The notes under the pieces: model-generated | Told to the model about the DNA's origin: nothing | Seen by the model: only the letters and a program-made list of their open reading frames with translations | Databases searched by the model: none | Position numbers and translations under genes: made by a program | Shown here: positions 1 through 7,064 of the stretch, one piece after another | Numbering within the stretch: the first letter of the stretch is position 1 | Layout: each line of letters starts with the position of its first letter | NCBI GenBank assembly: GCA_031411295.1 | Contig: JANOAV010000157.1 | Location: 1-64,000, forward strand | DNA from: Verrucomicrobiales bacterium | GTDB taxonomy: Bacteria; Verrucomicrobiota; Verrucomicrobiia; Verrucomicrobiales; V1-33 | Direction: 5' to 3' | DNA: 64,000 nt

Positions 1-1013
1 CCAAACGCCACCCCTTGCGAGAAATACCGCACCTTGTGCTTCATGACATCGATCAACCCCAGCCTGCCTCCAGCCGCCTGCACCTGCTTCACCTTCGCCA
101 CCGACACCCCGAATTTCCCCTTCGCATCCCTCAAAGGAGTCGGGGCGGCCCGCCCCGACTGACTACCTCCACTGGAAAAATCTCCGTCCGCCGCTGCCTC
201 CGTCACCGACACCGTCCCAGCCCGCAAAGGAGTGTGGAGCTGCCCGCTGGGCTGCTCTGCCTCCGTCACCGACACCGTCCCATACATCAGCAGCCGATAC
301 CTCACCTGCACTTTATCCCAACGTTCCATCGTAAAGCCATTCACCGCCACCGTCTCGCCCGACTCCACGCGAAACACAGATTTCAGACCATCCCGCGCCA
401 TCCCCTCCTTCGCCACCGCCTCTGCATAGCTACAGAAACGATACTCCTTCGGGTCATCGCACAACCCCGCCCGCACCGGATTGAGATCAATATACGCCGC
501 CAATGCCTGCACCGCTTCCGCAGAATCCTCCACCACCAAACTCTTGAAACGCTCCGCCCACAGCGTGCCGAATCGACCATGCGTGCTGTTATACCACCGG
601 GAAAACCGCATCTTATACAGCTTCATAAACTGCGAAAGATCCCCCATCAGCGCCCGATACCGCTCCAGCCGACCCTTCGCTGCAAAAGCCACCCCTTGAT
701 TCTCCGAATCCAATTCCGCCAGCAATTCCTTTCGCACCCTCGACCCATACAGAGCCCCAATCCGCTCTAAAATCACTTCCCACCCCAGTCCGTCCCGAGC
801 CACCAATTCCGGCACCCGCACCAGCAAATGATAGTGATTACTCATGAACACATAAGCCAAAACCTCCACCCCGCAAAAACGAGCCGTCTTCTCCAATTGC
901 GACCACAAAACCTCCTTCTCATCATCCCCAAAAAGAAACGCCCCCGCAACACAACGGACGATCACGTGGTGGACAGAAGTGTTCTCAGGGCAGGAAATTC
1001 TCGGGACTCTCAT
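1..1013 (-). mobile_element. REP-associated tyrosine transposase (RAYT, Y1/HUH family); ORF runs off the left edge of the window
   Basis: Hand translation from ATG at 1013 is open to base 1: MRVPRISCPENTSVHHVIVRC...LAYVFMSNHYHLLV (HUH motif)...GTLWAERFKS...AYIDLNPVRAGLCDDPKEYRFCSY (catalytic Tyr region)...KVRYFSQGVAFG. Probably absent from the ORF track because no stop falls in the window. Confidence 0.93.
132..282. repeat. REP-like hairpins and a 26-bp direct repeat inside the RAYT coding region
   Basis: Perfect inverted repeat AGTCGGGGCGG-C-CCGCCCCGACT (138-160). Imperfect hairpin GAGCTGCCC-GCT-GGGCTGCTC (237-257). Both follow CAAAGGAGT. CTGCCTCCGTCACCGACACCGTCCCA occurs at 194-219 and 257-282. 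Confidence 0.8.
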
Positions 1014-1092
1014 AATTATTTACCGCTCATCTCAAAATCATGGAAAATCAACTTACGCAATTGTGTATTAAGCATGGCCCGTCTTGCCTTCA

Positions 1093-1122
1093 CGGCGTTT
1101 CTACCAGGTGCAGGTGGAATGA
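1093..1122 (+). pseudogene. Remnant 3' end of a secreted-protein paralog (RRFYQVQVE*)
   Basis: Encodes the same last 9 residues plus a stop as the orphan ORF ending at 5588; all nucleotide differences are synonymous. Confidence 0.75.
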
Positions 1123-1642
1123 AATTGCGGCATCCCCGGTCGGGAAGATTCAAGGAGCGGAGACTCACGAAGGCAGACGGGACCGACACGATGGATATTT
1201 TGTGGTTGATCTGGAGACGAACCAACGAAGGCAAGACGAATCCTTTAAAGGGACAGGCAACTTAAGAACGGAATTCGAGAATTCAATGCCTATTGCAATT
1301 TGCTGTAGGGGCCTGCTATACCAATTCAAGACTAGCCACGAGTGAAACTTTTCTTGCTAGAAATCATTGATCCATCCTAAACCACAACCAATGAAATCCT
1401 AATAACAAATTTTGGAACAGGCGAAAGATTGCAACGGCATTGGGGAGTAGCAAAATCTGCTGCCGAGAAAGAATTTTTGGCATCGTGGGCCAGCGGAGCC
1501 ACTCTCGAAGAAATTGGAAATACAAGGTGAATTGCAGAAACACCTATGCCAGAATCCAACATTGGCCCCAAGAAACAACGGAACCTATCTGATGCATTCT
1601 TTTTCCATCATCATTCATTCCAATCCTTAATCCAACGCCGCA

Positions 1643-4600
1643 ATGGAAAAGCAAATTCCTAATCAGAGACCCTTTCTTATGCAAACTTCATGTCTCTGTC
1701 ACTTGTTCATCCTGCCCGCCCTCAGCGCCCTCCTCTTCCTCACCACGCTGACATCTCACGCCGAGATCATCGGCGTGGAGCAGTTCGACTACCCGGACGG
1801 GGCCATCAACGGAAAGAACGGCGGCACGTTCTGGGATTTTGGAAACATTGCCCCCCCTGTTCACGATGGCTCGCCGTCTCTTTGGAATAACGTCGTCCGC
1901 GCGCCGGTTGTCTCCGGCGGGCGCTTGGTGACGGATGACAACAGCGCCCTGCGACCGCACAATGGACCCTCGTCAGGCTTTGGGATGGACAGCGATGAAG
2001 AAAGAGGATCGGTGACTGATGGTCGTCTACAGCAGGTGGTTTATCACCGCGTCACCTTCACCACCGGTTCCACGGTTCCGGCCTTCCTCGGTCTCAGCAC
2101 TTATGACTTCGGGACGGAGCGGATTTTCTTTGGCAAACGGGCCAATCAATCCGTCTTCGGCATTGAGACCTTCAATGGCTTTGGCGTGCAGAACTCCACC
2201 ATCCCGGTCGCGGCGAACACCACCTACCTGCTCGTCTCGAAGGTGGACTATGGGAACAATCGCCTCAGCCTGTTCATCAACCCCACCCTCGGCGGATCGG
2301 AGCCCTCAAGCCCTGCTGCCGTCATCGAGAACTACACGATCAACAATTTCTCCACCTCCGTCCGTCTCGGCAGTGCGACGGGCGGCGCCGTGACCTGGGA
2401 TGACCTCGTTGTCGCCACCAGCTGGGAGGAACTCGGCACCGTCGTCACCACCACGGTGGATGAAAATAATGGTTCGCTCAATCCAGGGCATGGCAATGGC
2501 ATTTCCCTGCGCGAGGCTGTAACATGGTCGCCGGCTGGCAGCCTCATCACCTTTGCCAAGGCGCTCAATGGCCAGACCTGCACCCTCAGTCTCGGGGAAC
2601 TCGTCGTGGCTGATCGCAACCTCACCATCGATGCCTCTTCACTGGCAAACGGGTTTACGGTGGATGGAAATGACGCCTCACGGATTTTTCGGCTCGCGAA
2701 CAAGGCGCTGACTCTGAAATCGCTCACCCTGACCAGAAGCCGTGCGGGCGAAGGTGGCGGGGCTATTCAACAATTTGGTGGTCAGCTTTTCGTCCAGAAT
2801 TGCACCTTGAGCGAGAACTCTGCTGTCAGTGGAGGAGCGGTTGCGCAGGTAAACGAAACGACCAGTCGCTTCGAGAACTGCACGATTGTCGGAAATCGCG
2901 CGACGGTTGTTAACAGCACGGGTGGTTTGCTGATTTCTTTCGGCACCTGCACTCTGGTGAACTGCACCACCAGCGGTAACACCGGCACGGGCCAGGGAGG
3001 CGGGCTGTCTCTGCAATCCAACGCCATCGTCTCCCTCAGCAACTGCATCATCGCCGGAAATAGCGATTCCTTTGCCAATGATATCTCTCGTGGCGGCAGC
3101 AGCGGCACCCTGACCGCCAGCGGCAACAACCTCATCGGCAGCAACGCTACCGTCTCCGGCATCTTCTCCGGCCCGCTCGTCGGCACGCAGGCCACTCCGC
3201 TCGATCCCAAGCTCTCGCCCCTCGGCTACTTCGGCGGGCCGACGATGACAATGCACCCGCTCATCGGCTCCCCCGCCATCGACGCGGGCGGCAGCACGAA
3301 CCCCGGCGGCACCGACCAGCGCGGGTTCCCGCGTTTCGTCGATGGGGACGGCAACGCCGGCACTCCGGCGCAGCTCGATATTGGGGCCGTGGAGGCGGGA
3401 CCGCTGCGCAACGTCGCCTTTTCCTCTGACAATGTGGGCAGCAATGGCTCCCTGCGCGCCAGAATCGATGTCTCCACCGAACCCGGTGCCCGCATCGGCT
3501 TTCTGGCGGGCGTGAACTTCCCTGGGACGACCACCCTCAACGGCACTGAACTCACCATCCCCGCCACCGCGAACGGGCTCTTCATCGACGCCTCGAACCT
3601 CTCCGGCCCCGTCACTGTGTCCGGCGGCAACGCCAGCCGCGTCTTCAACATCCCCGCCGGAGCCACCGTGGCCATGCACTCATTGGCCATCCTGAATGGC
3701 AGGGCACCAGATGGGGCGAGTGCTCAAGCTGGGGCAAGTGGCGGTGGCATCCTCAACGCAGGTTCCCTGAGCCTTTTCTCCTGCAGCGTCAAAAACAACC
3801 GTTCCGGCAACGGCGGCAACGTCGGTATTGACGGCAACGGCGGCGGTGGCGGCGGTGGCGGCGGAATTTTTTCCACTGGCTCGTTGAGCCTCAATGCTTG
3901 CACTCTCTCGGGCAACGCCACCGGCATCGGCGGCAACGGCACAGCCATCGGCGGCGACGGCGGCGGTGGCGGCGGAATTTTTTCCACCGGCTCGTTGAGC
4001 CTGACAGCTTGCACCCTTTTCGGCAACGCCACAGGCAACGGCGGCAACGGCAGTGGCGACTTCGGCGGCTTCGGCGGCGACGGCGCCGGAATTCGGAAAA
4101 GTGACGATACCCCCTACCGCCTCACCGCCTGCACCGTGGTGGGCAATCGCACTGGCACCGGCGGCACCGGACCCAATTTCAACGGCAGCGCTGGCTATGG
4201 CGGCGGGGTTTCCAGCGGCAGTCTGATCCTGCAAAATTCCATCGTCGCCAACAACACCGGCTTCGGCACGGCCAGGGACGTGAATGTCGCCTCCCTCACC
4301 TACCTCGGTGCCAATCTCCTCAGCACCTCGGCATCCAGCTTCTCCACCACCGGCCTCCCGACTTTCATCAACGCCAACCCGCTCCTCGCCCCGCTCGGCA
4401 ACTACGGCGGCCCCACGCAGACGATGCGCCCGCTGCCCGGTAGCCCGGCCATCGATACCGCCAGCGGCAGCACCCGCCTCACCGACCAGCGCGGCTTCCC
4501 CATCGTCGGCCTGCCGGACCTCGGCGCAGGGGAATACCAGGGCACCACCGACCTCCGCCTCTACTGGCTGACGGATGCCGACGGCGACGGCATTCCCTTC

Positions 4601-4921
4601 GGCATCGAGCATGCGCTGGGCACCTATCCCACGGTCAGCGACCGCTCCAGCACACGGAACCTAACCCGGCCCACCTTCAACGCCCAGGGTCAGGCCAGCA
4701 TCCAGTTTGGCCGCAACCCCTCGGCCAGCTCCGGAACCATCAGCATCCTCAAGCGCAGCACGGACTTGATCACCTTCACCGAGATCTTCCGGAACAACGG
4801 AAACAGCACCACCAACGGCTCAGGCATTTCCTCCACGGTGAATCCGAATGACATCACCGTGATTGACCCCAATCCGCCCAAGCCGAAGGCCTTCTACCGA
4901 GTGGAGGCCGTGGCTCCCTGA
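1643..4921 (+). CDS. Secreted CSLREA / choice-of-anchor Q domain protein with Gly-rich beta-helix repeats (likely start 1679)
   Basis: Signal peptide ending SHA. ISLREAV (CSLREA-like) motif. Two PL..(Y/F)GGPT.TM.PL.GSPAID...DQRG.P...D(I/L)GA.E modules. DADGDG motif and C-terminal KRSTDL...FYRVEA domain. Confidence 0.85.
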   Translation: MEKQIPNQRPFLMQTSCLCHLFILPALSALLFLTTLTSHAEIIGVEQFDYPDGAINGKNGGTFWDFGNIAPPVHDGSPSLWNNVVRAPVVSGGRLVTDDNSALRPHNGPSSGFGMDSDEERGSVTDGRLQQVVYHRVTFTTGSTVPAFLGLSTYDFGTERIFFGKRANQSVFGIETFNGFGVQNSTIPVAANTTYLLVSKVDYGNNRLSLFINPTLGGSEPSSPAAVIENYTINNFSTSVRLGSATGGAVTWDDLVVATSWEELGTVVTTTVDENNGSLNPGHGNGISLREAVTWSPAGSLITFAKALNGQTCTLSLGELVVADRNLTIDASSLANGFTVDGNDASRIFRLANKALTLKSLTLTRSRAGEGGGAIQQFGGQLFVQNCTLSENSAVSGGAVAQVNETTSRFENCTIVGNRATVVNSTGGLLISFGTCTLVNCTTSGNTGTGQGGGLSLQSNAIVSLSNCIIAGNSDSFANDISRGGSSGTLTASGNNLIGSNATVSGIFSGPLVGTQATPLDPKLSPLGYFGGPTMTMHPLIGSPAIDAGGSTNPGGTDQRGFPRFVDGDGNAGTPAQLDIGAVEAGPLRNVAFSSDNVGSNGSLRARIDVSTEPGARIGFLAGVNFPGTTTLNGTELTIPATANGLFIDASNLSGPVTVSGGNASRVFNIPAGATVAMHSLAILNGRAPDGASAQAGASGGGILNAGSLSLFSCSVKNNRSGNGGNVGIDGNGGGGGGGGGIFSTGSLSLNACTLSGNATGIGGNGTAIGGDGGGGGGIFSTGSLSLTACTLFGNATGNGGNGSGDFGGFGGDGAGIRKSDDTPYRLTACTVVGNRTGTGGTGPNFNGSAGYGGGVSSGSLILQNSIVANNTGFGTARDVNVASLTYLGANLLSTSASSFSTTGLPTFINANPLLAPLGNYGGPTQTMRPLPGSPAIDTASGSTRLTDQRGFPIVGLPDLGAGEYQGTTDLRLYWLTDADGDGIPFGIEHALGTYPTVSDRSSTRNLTRPTFNAQGQASIQFGRNPSASSGTISILKRSTDLITFTEIFRNNGNSTTNGSGISSTVNPNDITVIDPNPPKPKAFYRVEAVAP
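3851..4052 (+). repeat. In-frame tandem duplication, 111-bp (37-aa) period, GGGGGIFSTGSLSL.ACTL.GNATG.GGNG
   Basis: Near-identical DNA copies beginning at 3851 and 3962. Confidence 0.85.
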
Positions 4922-4958
4922 TTCGTAGTTCGATCCTGTTTTTAGGCACTGTTATTGC

Positions 4959-5588
4959 TTGAAGAACAGCATCATTTCCGGCAACACCGCCACCACCGAT
5001 CCCAACATCACGACCGGATTCACCAGCACGGGACTAAATATCATCGCAGGCAGTTCGTTCCTGGCCCCGCTGGACAACTACGGCGGCCCCACCAAAACCT
5101 TCGCCCTGCTTCCCGCCAGCCCCGCCCGGAATGCCTCCACCGTCATCGCCCCAGCCCCCACCATGGATCAGCGCGGCTATCCCATCATCGGCACGCCGGA
5201 CATCGGTGCGTATGAAGCAGGAAATCTCACGCAAAACTACAATGCGTGGATCTGGGAGTCCCTCCCCGCCACTGCCACCGCAGGCCAACGGTTGGGCACC
5301 TTCGATTTCGACAACGATGGCCAGACCAACCTCACCGAATTCATTTTCCAAACCAATCCCAACAGCCCCAACCAATCCACCCGGCTCACCATCACCCAAT
5401 CCGGCAGCAACGTCCTCATCAGCCTCCCCACCGCCCTAGGCCGCACCTACCGCCTCCGCCAAAGCGATAACCTCAGCAACTGGATCGACACCCCCAACCA
5501 AGCCGTGAAAACTGGCAACGGAGCTACGCAAACATTCACGGTTCCGCTCTCCGTGGCCCGACGGTTCTACCAAGTTCAGGTGGAGTAA
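4959..5588 (+). pseudogene. Orphan C-terminal module (choice-of-anchor Q plus terminal domain), no signal peptide
   Basis: Starts abruptly at TTG as LKNSIISGN, homologous to LQNSIVANN of the upstream gene. Contains APLDNYGGPT, DQRGYP, DIGAYE, DFDNDG and ends RRFYQVQVE. Confidence 0.75.
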
Positions 5589-5766
5589 AACTGTGGCATT
5601 ACAGGACACCAACTTACTGCTTCTCACTGCTGGTTGTCCCGCCTGCACTCGCTGCTGAACTTTGATTTACAAACGATGAAAGTGATCACCTGCCTAGCCC
5701 CCTTCCGCGCTGCGCTTGCGGCTTTCTGAAGTTGTCAGGCAGTCCTTAAATAGAAACAGAAAACGT

Positions 5767-7053
5767 TCACGCGATCTCCAGACCACGCATCGTAGTCGTG
5801 CCACTAGAGAATTTTTCCGCCTCAATGCCCAGACGTTGCAACAGGGTGACGTAGAGATTCGAGAGCGGATAGTTGTTTGTCTTATCAAATGCCAAATGCT
5901 GCCCGTGTTTGAAGCCGCCGCCTGCGAGCAGCACGGGCAAGTTGTCTGTGGAATGGGCGTTGGCGCTGCCCATGTTCGTGCCGTAGAGGCACGCGGTGCG
6001 ATCCAGCAGGGTGACGCCTTGTTCCTTGGAGGCTTTTAGACTGGTGAAAAAATCATTCACCGCACGGAACTGCGCTTCCTCGATTTTTCGGAGCAGCGCG
6101 ATCGTTTCCGGCTGCTGCCCGTGGTGGGTTAGGCCGTGGCATTGGGCATTCACCCCGAGCTTCGTGGGCGTGAGGCTGGTAGTGCTATAACATACCGTGA
6201 CGACCCGGGTGCTGTCCGTTTCCAAGGCCAGTCGCACCAGATCAAACATCACTCGCGAATTCAGGGCGAGGTCGTTTTGGTCTTCGATTTCCTTCGGTTG
6301 TGGGGCATCGACTTTAGGCTTGGGACGGTCCGCCCAGCCTTCGGTGGAGGCGAGGCGCTTTTCCAAATCCCGCACGCCGGTGGCGAACTGGCCGAGGCGC
6401 TCGCGGTCAGCGGCACTCACGCTTTGCTGGAGCGCTCGGTATTGCTCCCGCAGGCCATCGAGCAAACTGCGATCTTCCCGCAGACGACGCACGGCGGTGG
6501 CTTTGCCCTCCGGCGTGTCTTCCACGAACAGTTGCTGATAGAGTTTCAGCGGACTAATGATGGGTGGAATCATGGAACCGCTGCGGGTCCAGGAAAGACT
6601 CAGACTCTCCGAGCCAATCATCAGCGCCAACGAAGGAAAACGCGCGGCTGCGCCCAATTGCTCGGCCATGATTTGATCCAGCGAAACACTGTTTTTAAAC
6701 GACCCACGGCCTGCTCCCGGTGCCCCCGTTAGGAAACTGCGCTCCGAGGCATGCCCGCCATCCACACCTGGCAGCGCGACTCCCGAAAAGACGGTCATAT
6801 CGGCACGATGATCTTTCAGCAAATCCAGATAAGGTGTGCTGGCGTAATCACGACCGGCCGCTTGAGGAAAGAAAAATTCCGGCAGAATCCCCTGGTTAGT
6901 CATCATGCCAACGAAGCGTCGGGGCGGCTCTGGAGCAGCATTGGCGGCCCCCAGCCGAGGCATCATGCTTTCCAGAAATGGCAACGCGAGCGTGGCTCCG
7001 GCAGCCCGGAGAAAGGTGCGACGGCAGAGTGGGGTGCGATTGGCGATGTGCAT
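5767..7053 (-). CDS. DUF1552 (HXXSHH) family protein, Tat-exported
   Basis: RRTFLR Tat motif with LALPFLESM, SLDQ motif, D.TRV.T, HGLTHH, and the NLPVLLAGG...G.H...PLSNLY.TLL C-terminus. Confidence 0.92.
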   Translation of the reverse strand: MHIANRTPLCRRTFLRAAGATLALPFLESMMPRLGAANAAPEPPRRFVGMMTNQGILPEFFFPQAAGRDYASTPYLDLLKDHRADMTVFSGVALPGVDGGHASERSFLTGAPGAGRGSFKNSVSLDQIMAEQLGAAARFPSLALMIGSESLSLSWTRSGSMIPPIISPLKLYQQLFVEDTPEGKATAVRRLREDRSLLDGLREQYRALQQSVSAADRERLGQFATGVRDLEKRLASTEGWADRPKPKVDAPQPKEIEDQNDLALNSRVMFDLVRLALETDSTRVVTVCYSTTSLTPTKLGVNAQCHGLTHHGQQPETIALLRKIEEAQFRAVNDFFTSLKASKEQGVTLLDRTACLYGTNMGSANAHSTDNLPVLLAGGGFKHGQHLAFDKTNNYPLSNLYVTLLQRLGIEAEKFSSGTTTMRGLEIA

Positions 7054-7064
7054 GGTGGGGGAAA

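Noticed and set aside
194..282. 26-bp direct repeats separated by 37 bp, resembling a minimal CRISPR unit
   Set aside because: Only two copies, inside a coding frame, the spacer is itself a REP-like hairpin, and no cas genes are in the window.
15..1265. Plus-strand 251-aa and 145-aa His/Arg-rich ORFs
   Set aside because: Largely antisense shadows of the RAYT gene; no recognisable motifs.
2678..4612. Long minus-strand ORFs (333 and 310 aa) and similar antisense ORFs across the window
   Set aside because: Expected by-product of GC-rich codon bias opposite well-supported genes.
1093..5588. DGR template/variable repeat pair
   Set aside because: Differences are synonymous and not adenine-specific; no reverse transcriptase is present.
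5589..5766. Possible attC remnant or terminator between convergent genes
   Set aside because: No paired R''/R' boxes and no clear stem with a U-tract could be found.
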